Positions 20,569 through 30,751 of a DNA stretch of 64,000 nucleotides are shown piece after piece. The position numbers were made by a program, and so were the translations under genes. Under the pieces are notes generated by a model, which saw nothing but the letters and a program-made list of their open reading frames with translations, was not told the origin of the DNA and made no database searches. Source of the DNA: an uncultured Poribacteria bacterium. GTDB lineage: Bacteria > Poribacteria > WGA-4E > WGA-3G. Location: contig OX638351.1 of the NCBI GenBank assembly GCA_951813565.1, positions 608,001-672,000 of the forward strand, read 5' to 3'. How positions within the stretch are numbered: the stretch's first letter is position 1; each line of letters begins with the position of its first letter.

Positions 20569-22027
20569 CAATACCTTCGCCAAAAATAATTGAATAAATA
20601 GGGCGTCTGTCCTAAAGTTATAACAGTTAACCATAACTTAGAAAGGACAATCGCCCATGTCAGAAATTATAGCACTGTTTACTGTTCTTAATCCATGTTT
20701 ATCCGCAACGATGACGCGGCAGTTATGCCGAGTTGTATTCGCACTACTTGCGATGAGTGGTCGGGTAACCATGTTAAATATCTCTCGTTGGACAACCCAA
20801 GGCGGTAGCTACCGCACCATACAACGCTTTTTCAACACTGTTATGCCTTGGACGACGATGTGTTGGATGTTTTTTCGCACGCATCTGTTTGATCGTGAAA
20901 GTGACTACATCCTCACAGGAGACGAAGTGGTTGTGCCAAAAGCAGGAAAATCTACTTATGGTTTATCTCGTTTCTTTTCTTCATTGTATGGCAAAGCGGT
21001 CCCCGGTTTGTCGTTTTTAGCCGTGTCCTTAGTGAGTGTCAACCGAAGGCGTTCATACCCGATGGTTATGGAGCAAATCGTGCGTGGCACCTCATCGTCA
21101 AATCAAGGAGTTTGTGCTTCCGAACATCAGGACAACACCGAGACAGCAACACCAAGACATAAATGCGGGCGTCCAAAGGGAAGCCGAAACCGAAACAAAG
21201 ACGATGTCATGCTCAGCGATGTGTTGAAGCAACTTCAAACGATGGTCAAGGCGTTGCTAAAACTGGTTGGCAACTTGATCCCACTCCGTTATCTTGTGCT
21301 TGATGGATACTTCGGACATAATAATGCGCTACAAATGACAAAGCAATGTGGACTACATCTCATTTCAAAACTACGCATAGATGCTGCGTTGTATCTGCCA
21401 CCGACGACACCTTACGCCGGACAAGGGCGCCCACGCATCTACGGAGAGCGTTTCACCCCACGACAGATTGACCCTAAGTATTGTGTTTCTGCCGACACAC
21501 AGGGAAACCTGAGAACCGAAGTGTATCAAATGAACTTACGCCACAAAAAGTTCACAGACTTCCTAAATGTAGTTTGCGTTCTCAAAACGAACTTGACGAC
21601 GAAACAACAAGCACACGTTTTACTGTTCAGTTCTGATTTAGCGTTAGACGCTGAAAAACTGATTGATTATTATTCCCTCCGTTTTCAAATCGAGTTCAAC
21701 TTCCGCGACGCAAAGCAATATTGGGGATTACAAGATTTTATGAATGTCAACAAGATACCAGTAAACAATGCAGCGAACCTCTCAATGTTTATGGTGAATG
21801 TGAGTGCTAAACTCATAGATACGCTCCGTTGTAAAAATACTGCGTCCAGTGTTTTAGACCTAAAAGCACGCTACCGAGGTTTGAAGTATTTACACGAAAC
21901 ATTAAAAATACTTCCGCAAAAACCTGAACCTATTGTTATTCAACAAATCGCACAACATTTGGGAACAATCGGTGCTATTCATCACACACAACCAAAACTG
22001 AACCCCGGATAATTGGCGAAGGTATTG
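20569..22027 (+). mobile_element. Complete IS element (IS4/IS701-like DDE)
   Basis: 15-bp perfect inverted repeats CAATACCTTCGCCAA (20569-20583) and TTGGCGAAGGTATTG (22013-22027); flanking direct repeat TTAATT on both sides. Confidence 0.9.
20657..22012 (+). CDS. DDE transposase
   Basis: GDEVV, VLDGYF, YSLRFQIEFNFRDAKQ. Confidence 0.9.
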   Translation: MSEIIALFTVLNPCLSATMTRQLCRVVFALLAMSGRVTMLNISRWTTQGGSYRTIQRFFNTVMPWTTMCWMFFRTHLFDRESDYILTGDEVVVPKAGKSTYGLSRFFSSLYGKAVPGLSFLAVSLVSVNRRRSYPMVMEQIVRGTSSSNQGVCASEHQDNTETATPRHKCGRPKGSRNRNKDDVMLSDVLKQLQTMVKALLKLVGNLIPLRYLVLDGYFGHNNALQMTKQCGLHLISKLRIDAALYLPPTTPYAGQGRPRIYGERFTPRQIDPKYCVSADTQGNLRTEVYQMNLRHKKFTDFLNVVCVLKTNLTTKQQAHVLLFSSDLALDAEKLIDYYSLRFQIEFNFRDAKQYWGLQDFMNVNKIPVNNAANLSMFMVNVSAKLIDTLRCKNTASSVLDLKARYRGLKYLHETLKILPQKPEPIVIQQIAQHLGTIGAIHHTQPKLNPG

Positions 22028-22111
22028 TTAATTGGAACGTCAAATCTTAAGCAACTATGTAAGTAAAATTCAATATGTCCATTATTAGTATATCACATAA
22101 GGAGATAGTTT

Positions 22112-22747
22112 GTGAGTAATTTATTATTTGAATCTGGAGATAAGGTGCTTTTTATTGGAGATAGTATCACGGATTGTGGCAGGAGAGGTGATCACGCGCC
22201 TTTAGGTCATGGGTATGTCCGCAAAATAACCGAACTGATTACTGCCAAGTACCCTGAACGCGATATCGCTTACGTCAACAAAGGGATTGGTGGGGATATT
22301 GTTGAAGGTTTAGAAAACCGTTGGGATACCGATGTTATTGCTGAAAAACCGGATTGGCTCTCAGTTAAAATTGGTATCAACAATGCAAGTCGGCAGCTTG
22401 GAGAAGGTATTTCAAATGAAGACTATCTGCCAAAGTGGGAAGCCTGCTATAGGCGAATTCTCACGCGTGTGAAAAATGAGTTGGATGCGCCGCTTTTCTT
22501 GTTTGAAATTTTCTATATTGAAGAAGATGTTGAAAATCCGCGCCCATTAGCGGTAGATGCTTACAACGCAAGTATCCATAAACTTGCTGATGAGTTTGAT
22601 GCGCGGTTAATTTTGACGAATGATGCGTTTGATAATGCAGTTGCCGCGAGACCCGGTGCGTTATGGACAACACAAGATGGCGTCCATCCGAATGCGGAAG
22701 GACATACCTTGATGGCATTGGAATTCTTGAAACAGGCAGGCTGGTAG
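22112..22747 (+). CDS. SGNH/GDSL hydrolase
   Basis: FIGDSITD, NKGIGG, IGINN, DGVHPN. Confidence 0.92.
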   Translation: MSNLLFESGDKVLFIGDSITDCGRRGDHAPLGHGYVRKITELITAKYPERDIAYVNKGIGGDIVEGLENRWDTDVIAEKPDWLSVKIGINNASRQLGEGISNEDYLPKWEACYRRILTRVKNELDAPLFLFEIFYIEEDVENPRPLAVDAYNASIHKLADEFDARLILTNDAFDNAVAARPGALWTTQDGVHPNAEGHTLMALEFLKQAGW

Positions 22748-22837
22748 TTCTACGAGTTATACGAACATTGGTCGGTGTCAAATGCCATACGCGCATTCGG
22801 CGTTGATTTAGTGATTGTAGCAGCCTACCCTAAAGTA

Positions 22838-23332
22838 TCATTCTGATTCAAGATGTTTTTTAACATTTTCTTTTCCAAATGCCCAAACTTCGTCACCAAG
22901 TTCCATCAAGCGGGAAGCGAAAAGCGAGTTATCAATTTCGTCTTTGAAGAAATCGCTTAAATACGGATTAAGAAAATGAAGTAGAAGCGAAATAATAAGT
23001 ATGCTTGAAGCAATGCCTATCGCTAAACCGAGCAGACTGTTCAACCATCCTAAAATTCCTTTCTCAAAAATTCGATGGATTCGTTCAAATACTGCGTCGG
23101 TTACGATAGATGTAATAATTATCAGGACAATTATACTGATCCATTTTGTGACTTCTTCATTCGAAACAATTTTTTGGATGGGCAAAGCGAGGTACTGCCA
23201 CAATTGACTCGCAACGATGAGTCCGGCACCGATGGCAAAAATCCCCCATACGCTACGAGTAAAACCTGCCTTGTAGCAACTAAATCCGGCTATTCCAACG
23301 ATGATAAGGATGACAATATCTAATTTGGTCAT
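22838..23332 (-). CDS. CvpA-family membrane protein
   Basis: LDIVILII...GF.RS, four hydrophobic segments, LGWLNSLLG. Confidence 0.8.
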   Translation of the reverse strand: MTKLDIVILIIVGIAGFSCYKAGFTRSVWGIFAIGAGLIVASQLWQYLALPIQKIVSNEEVTKWISIIVLIIITSIVTDAVFERIHRIFEKGILGWLNSLLGLAIGIASSILIISLLLHFLNPYLSDFFKDEIDNSLFASRLMELGDEVWAFGKENVKKHLESE

Positions 23333-23429
23333 AGTGAGGGAAGCATCAAGTAAGCATGTCATCTATTATGAATGCTTTATGCAAGTTTCAAACGAGGAAC
23401 AAAGGACTCGGGGCGACTTTTTTATTTGG

Positions 23430-24437
23430 TTAATCGGGTAATAAACTCTTTTTATAAGTTTGCTGCATCGCTGTTTCAATCGGAGTCCTGTTTCCTAAAA
23501 GACAGAGAAGTTGGCGCATAGAAGAGAATCCATTCTCATCAATTAACGTAGCGACAATCGCTGCAGATTGGAGATAGGCAATTTTCCGTTCTGAGGCGGA
23601 GAGTTCAGTAAATGGCTGGTTGAGTTCCGACAATGTTGGTAAAGTGCCGTTTTTGTCTGCCTGCTGCAGCGCAAGTTTCTCAAAGGATAGTAACGGACGT
23701 GCAATCGTTTGTGCAAGTCCCTCGTTAAGCCAAAGTGGACAATTCCCATGTGTTAGCAGATCAACTAACAGATGTGTCCACTCATGCCGAATAAGCGCAT
23801 ATAGAACACCAAGTTCTGGTTCTCCGTCAGCACAATAATTCAGATGGATATGTCCATCGTAGCACCCACTGGCCCATTTTGGAACGTGCGTCTTCATCAA
23901 GCCATCGTGCGTATTTACGATTGAGATGGATATCTGGTGGGATGGATAGCAATTGAGTTGGATACCGACTTTGTTATACGTTTTTTCAACGAGTTGATAG
24001 ATATACCAGACTGTTTTTGGCGCAACAGCGGGTTGAACAGTCAGTTTGAAAAACTGGTGTTCTATAGTATTCTGGGGATGTGGCGATTTTTTTGATTCGA
24101 GTGTTGGTGTAAAATCTGAGGGGAGATCATCCACTAATTTGCTCTCGCTAATTAGGGTTTGGTAGTACTCTTTTTCCTCATTGATGCGCGCTTTGCGCCT
24201 GAGAACTGTTGGTGAATCAGGACACAACTGGAGAGCAATGTCTAAATACGTCAATGCCTGTTCCCATTTTCCAACCATTTCGTAGGCTTTAGCAAGGTCA
24301 GCATAAATGTGGTAACGGCTCTGGTCATATCTTAAACCCGATAAATAGTGTTGAATTGATTCAACGTAACGGGTTTGTTGATAACAAGTTGCCGCCTGCT
24401 GAAAATAGGATAAGGCGAGAGAAGACTTATCACGCAC
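23430..24437 (-). CDS. TPR protein with zinc metallopeptidase (peptidase MA-like) domain
   Basis: N-terminal TPR helices; HEWTH...PLWLNEGLA. Confidence 0.82.
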   Translation of the reverse strand: MRDKSSLALSYFQQAATCYQQTRYVESIQHYLSGLRYDQSRYHIYADLAKAYEMVGKWEQALTYLDIALQLCPDSPTVLRRKARINEEKEYYQTLISESKLVDDLPSDFTPTLESKKSPHPQNTIEHQFFKLTVQPAVAPKTVWYIYQLVEKTYNKVGIQLNCYPSHQISISIVNTHDGLMKTHVPKWASGCYDGHIHLNYCADGEPELGVLYALIRHEWTHLLVDLLTHGNCPLWLNEGLAQTIARPLLSFEKLALQQADKNGTLPTLSELNQPFTELSASERKIAYLQSAAIVATLIDENGFSSMRQLLCLLGNRTPIETAMQQTYKKSLLPD

Positions 24438-24548
24438 GGATTTCAGTTTTCTCGGTTAGGTGAGAACGAAGGGAGTAGACGCACAAGTATCTAAATAAAA
24501 TGAAACCGCGTTTTAAATGTGGTGATTACTCCCTGTTCTCCTAATAAC

Positions 24549-25190
24549 TTAAGACTTCTCAATATCAACGACCTGGAAAGTAATATCTCCACATTTAAAC
24601 TCCGCACCTTCCTGAATAGGAGCAGAATCTTTAACGCGAATTCCTTCAACATACGTGGGTGTTGAACTTCCCATATCTGTGATAGAGACTTCATCATCTT
24701 GCATCTCAAAAGAGAGATTCAGATGAGCCAGTGTTCGGGAATCAGTTTCTTTTGCATCTTCAGAATTCTGCCAGCGTTCCAATTCTTCTTCAGTCGGAGG
24801 CGTTTGCGACACTGGGAAAACATCGGTATCTACGTTCCCCATTGCTTGTGGACTATAAGCGGCCTGTGGACTGAGCGTAACAGGCACTTCTTGAGTAGTC
24901 TCCTGCGATTCTCCTCTGATCGCTTTCATAAGTTTTTCAGCGACCCGTTCCTTAGAGCCTGGGCGAGGTGTAACGCTTTCTGTTTCCTGAAAACGATAAT
25001 GTGCGAAATCTATCAGGTCTTTTGCTTTATGAAAATGGCCTGATTCCTGAATATTTTTTAGAAGACCCTTCTGTTTGCGGCTAAGCTTTTCGTTTTTCAG
25101 CCAACACGTATAAGCTTCTAAAATTTCTGCTTCTTTAACATCGGTATCTGTATACCGAGCGGACTTTGGAGTTTTTCTAAAAAACTGCAT
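24549..25190 (-). CDS. Hypothetical protein with partial C-terminal FHA-like domain (candidate anti-sigma factor)
   Basis: Directly downstream of ECF sigma; C-terminal ITDMGSSTPTYVEG...IQEGAEFKCGDITF. Confidence 0.55.
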   Translation of the reverse strand: MQFFRKTPKSARYTDTDVKEAEILEAYTCWLKNEKLSRKQKGLLKNIQESGHFHKAKDLIDFAHYRFQETESVTPRPGSKERVAEKLMKAIRGESQETTQEVPVTLSPQAAYSPQAMGNVDTDVFPVSQTPPTEEELERWQNSEDAKETDSRTLAHLNLSFEMQDDEVSITDMGSSTPTYVEGIRVKDSAPIQEGAEFKCGDITFQVVDIEKS

Positions 25191-25224
25191 TAGTAATCCT
25201 CCATGTTAGTAAATATAAATTAAA

Positions 25225-25842
25225 TTATTGAATCCAACGAATACCTTTATTAACCAGAATTTGTCTTAACTCTTGTGTACACCGGAAAATCCAGATTTTA
25301 ACAGTGCCATCTTTCCGATTAAGAATACGGGAAATTTCGGCGACACTACACCCTTCAAGGTGTCTTAATATCCACGCGATGCGGTGGTTCGGTTTTGTGA
25401 CCTGCTCAAGAGCACTTTCCAATATTTCTTGTGCCTCTTGCGCTATTATATGTTTGTCAGGTCCAGGTCGTCTATCCTCGTATTCATTTAGCGGCAGATC
25501 ATCCTGCTCTTCAAGGGTAAGGAGGGACTCGCGTATCCGATCTCTTCTTCGAATCGCATCAATAATAGTATTACGGGCAACTATATTCAACCATGCTTGG
25601 AAACTACCCTTTTCGGGGTCCCATTTATCTTTGTCGAGTTTCTGCCAGACTTTAGTAAAAACATCTAAACTAACTTCTTCAGTATCCTGATGGTCCCCGA
25701 GCATTCTATAAGCCTTGCTATAGACCCAATTATAGTGCTTCTCAAATAACTGACTAAATGCAGCCTCGTCACCTTGTTTAGCTTGCGTAGCTAAATAAAT
25801 GTCTTCAGTAGCCGATAGGTCATTTTTCGCTTGGCGCGCCAT
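25225..25842 (-). CDS. ECF sigma-70 factor
   Basis: GDEAAFSQLF, DTEEVSLDVF, SFQAWLNIVARN, EGCSVAEISRIL...GTVK. Confidence 0.92.
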   Translation of the reverse strand: MARQAKNDLSATEDIYLATQAKQGDEAAFSQLFEKHYNWVYSKAYRMLGDHQDTEEVSLDVFTKVWQKLDKDKWDPEKGSFQAWLNIVARNTIIDAIRRRDRIRESLLTLEEQDDLPLNEYEDRRPGPDKHIIAQEAQEILESALEQVTKPNHRIAWILRHLEGCSVAEISRILNRKDGTVKIWIFRCTQELRQILVNKGIRWIQ

Positions 25843-25909
25843 TAGATAAGCCCTCCTCTGTCCTCCTTTAGCCAAAGGATTAATCAAACCTATTTCGTTT
25901 TATTAAGTA

Positions 25910-25940
25910 TAAGAACGAAACTTTTTCTTGTTACGTTTCA
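25910..25940 (-). promoter_or_regulatory. Candidate ECF-type promoter upstream of the sigma gene
   Basis: Minus strand TGAAAC-N17-CGTTCTTA. Confidence 0.4.
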
Positions 25941-26100
25941 GAAAATTATAAAATCTTCCTATAGTAAAAATAAAAAGGAAATTGGCACATAAGAGGATAT
26001 TTATGGAATAATGAAATGTAAGAAATATGGAATGTTTTAAAGTATAGTGTTTTTAAACTATATCATATAACGAAAATTGAATCAATAAGTTTAATGAGTA

Positions 26101-27254
26101 ATACCAAATTAACGTAAGTCATATTGTGTTTTCCATTTTGCAAATCCACTGAAAACCGACATGTTCTTGCACCTTCTTTCTGTTTTTGGAGAACCACTGA
26201 CACCTTTTCACAAGCACTTCTTCAAGGTCTGATAGCGTTCTAAAAACTTTATTGGCAACCACCTCTCGCAACAGAGGCCATAGCCGTTCGGCAGGTTGAA
26301 GTTCCGGTGTATACGGCGGTAAAAAAAATAACTCAATACCTTGTGGGACATCTAAATCCTTACCCGTGTGAAAACCGGCACGATCTAATAAGAGGATTAT
26401 CTGTTTCTTGCCTTCCGGGTTTACATCCCGAGCAAACTCTGCCAACGCAAGGTTCATCACTTCAACACTCACACTCGGCATCAGAAGCCAATAAGTCTCA
26501 CCCGTCTGTGGACGGACAAAACCGAAACCATAAAGCCATTTATATGACGGACACACCGAGGCTGTCGGTCTTTCACCTTGCTTCGCCCAGACACGCCGAT
26601 GAACCGGCAATAATCCCACGCGTGCCTCGTCTTCTGCCCAGACTTCTACCGATTTCTCCGGGTGCTGACCTTCAAGCTCAGCTACCCGCTCCCTAAGTTT
26701 TTTTTTAATGCTTGCTGCTCATCTGGTGTTGCAGCTGACTGATGTTGAGGACGAGGTGTTTGTAAAGTATAACCGAGGCGCTTGAGATATTTCCAACCTG
26801 ACACATTACTGACAGGACGCTTGAGTGTCTCGGATATCCACGCAGCCACCTTCGGACCTGTCCACAGACCGCCATCAGCAGGAGGCGAAGAAAGTGCAGC
26901 TTCAAGGGCTGCTTGCTGTGTTTCATCCAAAATACGCTTGCGTCCATTGTTTTTGCGTTTGTCTCGCATAGCTGCTTCGCCTTCAGCGTTGTAGCGTTTG
27001 AGCAACTTCCGAACCCAGTCCGGCGTGCATCCTACAATCTCAGCAACTTCGCGAGGTGTTCGCGGATGTGTGGTATCAGCAAGAAGCCAAATAATATGCC
27101 AGTGCGTCCGTTCAATAGGACATTCACATTCAAGATACCTTTGTTTCAGAACTTCTACTGAAAAGTGAGGGGAAACCCCATGTTTTTTATTTTTCATCTG
27201 ATCACAATAACACATCCAAAAAATAAATGCAAGAACAATCATATTAATATGGTA
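26101..27254 (-). mobile_element. IS630-family element; two ORFs joined by a probable -1 frameshift
   Basis: HTH ORF 26682..27197 and DDE ORF ending 26119 (AEDEAR, LLDRAGFH, LPPYTPELQPAERLW); A9 run at 26698-26706; imperfect IRs ATACCAAATTAA / TTAATATGGTAT. Confidence 0.88.
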
Positions 27255-27257
27255 TAA

Positions 27258-27392
27258 GGGTGTGTAAAGTTTTTGGCACGAATATTTCTCAACTCTTGTA
27301 GAAGGGCTTTGTCCGCCCGATTTATCAGAGTTCAAACCCTTCCTACAAGAAAGATGACATGGTTAATGCCAAAAAACAAAACTTACACACCC
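27258..27392. mobile_element. MITE with ISKra4-type ends
   Basis: Left end GGGTGTGTAAAGTTTTTGGCACGAA matches the IS end at 47210 in 24 of 25 nt; right end ...TTACACACCC; palindromic core. Confidence 0.8.
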
Positions 27393-27561
27393 AAATCTTC
27401 CCAAACACTTGACTCCTAAATATAAAACGATATATTATAAATCACATGAGTTCGTTATAACAATTTATGGAAACTGGTGCGGTTATGAGAATAGGATTCA
27501 AGCATTAAGAACTGCATATCTCGGACACCGAACTCACATTATAAATAGATTAGGAATTAAT

Positions 27562-28290
27562 ATGCAAACCCAACGAATTTGTCTTTGGTCGGGACCACGA
27601 AACATCTCAACAGCATTAATGTATGCTTTCGGACAACGAAGCGATACCGAAATCATTGATGAGCCATTATATGCACACTATCTTCATGTCACAGGGGCAA
27701 CGCACCCTGGCCGAGAGGACGTTATGACATCCATGCAAACTGATGGTGCTGCTGTCATTCGTGATGTTATTCTTGGACCTTGTACAAAGTCAGTCCTCTT
27801 TATGAAACAGATGGCACATCATCTCGTCGACATTAATGCATCTTTCATGCGGAAAACGGTAAATATATTGCTAATCCGTGATCCAAAGGAAATGCTTCTG
27901 TCTTTAACGAAAGTTATCGGAATTCCGACACTGAAAGATACTGGTTTAAAGATGCAAGCCGAATTGTTGTCAGAATTAAGAGAGATGGGACAATCGCCCC
28001 CCATTTTGGATGCGCGGGAATTGTTGCTTGCACCGAGAGATGTACTGTCAATATTGTGTGATCGGTTAGATCTTCCGTTTGAGGAATCCATGTTGTCATG
28101 GCCGCGTGGTGGACATCCTTCGGATGGTATTTGGGCACCGCATTGGTATCATAATGTGCATCGGAGTGCAGGTTTTGTGTCATATCAACCGAAACGTGAA
28201 CCGTTTCCTGAAGCGTTGGAAGGTGTTTTATCAGAGTGTTTACCGTATTATGATATGCTACGTGCCGATGCAATTTGTAGCGATTCGTGA
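27562..28290 (+). CDS. Sulfotransferase-like P-loop protein
   Basis: LWSGPRNISTALM, DEPLY, FMKQMAHH, LLIRDP, DGIWAPHWY. Confidence 0.8.
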   Translation: MQTQRICLWSGPRNISTALMYAFGQRSDTEIIDEPLYAHYLHVTGATHPGREDVMTSMQTDGAAVIRDVILGPCTKSVLFMKQMAHHLVDINASFMRKTVNILLIRDPKEMLLSLTKVIGIPTLKDTGLKMQAELLSELREMGQSPPILDARELLLAPRDVLSILCDRLDLPFEESMLSWPRGGHPSDGIWAPHWYHNVHRSAGFVSYQPKREPFPEALEGVLSECLPYYDMLRADAICSDS

Positions 28291-28309
28291 AGGCGTCTAC
28301 ATTAAAGCA

Positions 28310-28804
28310 TTAAGTTTCATAACGCTGGGTTTGCTGGATAAACGATTCCAGACTATACCCTCGTTCAGGTGAACAAGCAATTCCGAAACTTGCTACCCCT
28401 AATATAGCATCTGCGAAAACTATCGTCCAATTAGGCGTTGTTGAAACTGAAAGTCCCAAGAAATCAAGAAAAGTAAAAAGAAAGTTGTCACAACCGCAAT
28501 CCGTTACAGGCAGTTCTTTCCACAACACATTTGCCAACGCAACCGAAAAAATCAAAAAAAGGAGCGAGGCAAGTATACCTGCACCACGCGAAAAATAGCC
28601 GATGCTTAACGCAATTCCCAGCGCTACCTCTGCCGAAACCAACAGATAACTTGTTGGTTTTACCAGTGCTGTCGGTAACATTTGATAACCAGCTACGGTT
28701 GTCACAAAAGCACTGAAATTAGTAAGTTTAGCGATACCCGCAAAAAAGAGAATTGATCCAAGGATTATTCTGATAGCTGTTACCAACAGTGATAAAGTCG
28801 TCAT
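28310..28804 (-). CDS. MauE/DoxX-family membrane protein
   Basis: RIILGSILFFAGIAKL, TM helices, DCGC motif; start overlaps upstream stop (ATGA). Confidence 0.82.
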   Translation of the reverse strand: MTTLSLLVTAIRIILGSILFFAGIAKLTNFSAFVTTVAGYQMLPTALVKPTSYLLVSAEVALGIALSIGYFSRGAGILASLLFLIFSVALANVLWKELPVTDCGCDNFLFTFLDFLGLSVSTTPNWTIVFADAILGVASFGIACSPERGYSLESFIQQTQRYET

Positions 28805-29307
28805 TCTGTTACTAATGGATATCCCAATGCTTGCCAACCTCTCAATCCACGCGAAAAAAACTTTACATTTTGATAACCGTGCGCTAAAAGAATATTCATC
28901 AACTGGTAAGCGTTCGGACATTCAACGCTTCCGCAATACGTAATCAAGAGCATTTTTTTGTCTGTTGGCAAAATAGATAAGTTTTGTTTTGCTCGGTTGA
29001 TGGGAACATTTACGGCATCTGGGATATGTCCTCGTCTGAAGCTGGCTGCAGAACGAGCATCCACGAAAACTGCCCCTTTTTGTTGCCATATCTGATAGAC
29101 AAGCGGAAAATCAACTTGCAGGGTAGAATCGCTACGTGTTTGAAAGTTGGAAGAGAAAAGTCCAAAACCATCTGCACCCCAGAGTGTTAAGGCACCGAAT
29201 GCGATCCAAATACTAACAATCAGCATTTCCTTAATAATCTGCTGTAATGTTTTTCGTTCAGACACATTTGATATGTCACGTTCGGTTTGTTTGGGATAGC
29301 TAAACAT
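28801..29307 (-). CDS. Rhodanese-domain protein with N-terminal TM (start uncertain)
   Basis: FVDARS, GHIPDAVNVP, ITYCGSVEC, GLRGW. Confidence 0.85.
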   Translation of the reverse strand: MFSYPKQTERDISNVSERKTLQQIIKEMLIVSIWIAFGALTLWGADGFGLFSSNFQTRSDSTLQVDFPLVYQIWQQKGAVFVDARSAASFRRGHIPDAVNVPINRAKQNLSILPTDKKMLLITYCGSVECPNAYQLMNILLAHGYQNVKFFSRGLRGWQALGYPLVTE

Positions 29308-30023
29308 TATCTTCTCTTAAGTTGTGCCCAAGTTGATGTTACTTTTACTTCTGGAGAAACGTTTAATCCTGAAATTGTGAATGAATCAATCCAACCTTTT
29401 CCAACCCATTCGTTTGCGATAGTAATACCTTCTACAACAAATCCAAGGATATCAATTCTATTGAAGTTTGCGTCTCGGAATTTTGCGCGAAATTCGCCAT
29501 CAGCGAACAGTAGAAAATTACCTGAGTTAAAATGTAACCTCATCTCTGTCAAGCTCTCGGTGTCCCACCGCACACGAGGTTCCCGAGACAATCGAATCTG
29601 AAACGGATGACTACTACCTTTGCCATCAAAACGTCGAGCTCTAATCTCATCAAGAAAAAACACATAAAAAAACGGGTCTTCTTCGGAGGTATCAGGGAAA
29701 CGCCGCCCTACACAGAAACCAAATCGGAGCTTGTCAACACCAAAATCCTTAATCGTAACTGTAAAATCTCGATAAGGAGCGGGAAATGCAATAAGTTGGT
29801 AGAGATCGTATTGAACTTCCCAATCTCGATTAACTTCAACGCGTAAAAAACCTTCTTCTACCTTCCATACATTATCGTTACCCACGGTGTGCCACGCGTC
29901 CGAATTCTCGGAATCAAAATCGTCGTGCCAGATCTCCGCGGATGTAGAAATGATGCCACCGACAGAGAAAAATATGATTATCAAAATTATGGAAATGGTT
30001 CGCATCGTTTTTCTGTTTGGCAT
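29307..30023 (-). CDS. Secreted beta-sandwich-like hypothetical protein with C-terminal TWxxLK motif
   Basis: Signal peptide, WHDDF, WKVEEGFLR; ends VSPEVKVTSTWAQLKRR; paralog of 31516..32199. Confidence 0.75.
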   Translation of the reverse strand: MPNRKTMRTISIILIIIFFSVGGIISTSAEIWHDDFDSENSDAWHTVGNDNVWKVEEGFLRVEVNRDWEVQYDLYQLIAFPAPYRDFTVTIKDFGVDKLRFGFCVGRRFPDTSEEDPFFYVFFLDEIRARRFDGKGSSHPFQIRLSREPRVRWDTESLTEMRLHFNSGNFLLFADGEFRAKFRDANFNRIDILGFVVEGITIANEWVGKGWIDSFTISGLNVSPEVKVTSTWAQLKRR

Positions 30024-30101
30024 GAAGTATAGAAGACTCCGTTTTTTCGGACTATATGCGGTAAAACTAACGTGAGTTTGATAAATCCCGTAGGGAATCA
30101 A

Positions 30102-30690
30102 CACCGAATGCGCCTACGGCATTCGGTGGGGTAGAACGGAATGGACAATAAAAACAGACCGTAAAGAGAGGTTGTTGAGCTATTTGAGGACGATATTTCC
30201 GAAAAAATAAGTGAAACCCAACTCTTTAGGACTCTCAAAACGGTTGAATTGTTGGGTTTCGCTTCGCTCTACCCCATAAGTGTCAACTTAAGAAAAAATG
30301 CTGTATTTTCTCTTGTGGGAGGGCTTTGTCCGCCCGATATAATATAGCATCAGAAATCGGGGTTGAAAACCCTCCCACAAGAGAAAATCTGGTAATTATG
30401 TGCTTAAGTTTACACCCGCCAAATGCCAAAAAGCGCATTTGGCATTGATTTGGCAGCATGCCGGACGGGGAATGCCAAAGGGCATTCGGACCCGGTGAAT
30501 GACTAAAGACGAATGCGCTTGGTAGAATACGCTTTTGGTATTCTACATGATTCGCCATGATTCATACCGTTGATTTCTTGATTTGGCGCATGCTGCGTTG
30601 ATTTAGCTGAATCATGCGGAATACCAAAAGCGTATTCCGCCAAAAGGCATTCATAGCGTTGATTGGGTTTCGCTTCGCTCTACCCAACGG
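30102..30690. repeat. Compound intergenic repeat region with nested MITE/REP palindromes
   Basis: CACCGAATGC/GCATTCGGTG hairpin; GGGTTTCGCTTCGCTCTACCC twice; TIR element 30280-30415; GAATACGCTTTTGGTATTC / GAATACCAAAAGCGTATTC inverted pair. Confidence 0.8.
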
Positions 30691-30751
30691 ACATCTATAT
30701 TTATTCTAATTATCAAGCTCACGTTAAAACTAACAACAATTATGTGTTGTG

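Noticed and set aside
20535..22111. TPP riboswitch upstream of thiE
   Set aside because: No CTGAGA/ACCTG consensus seen on either side of the IS
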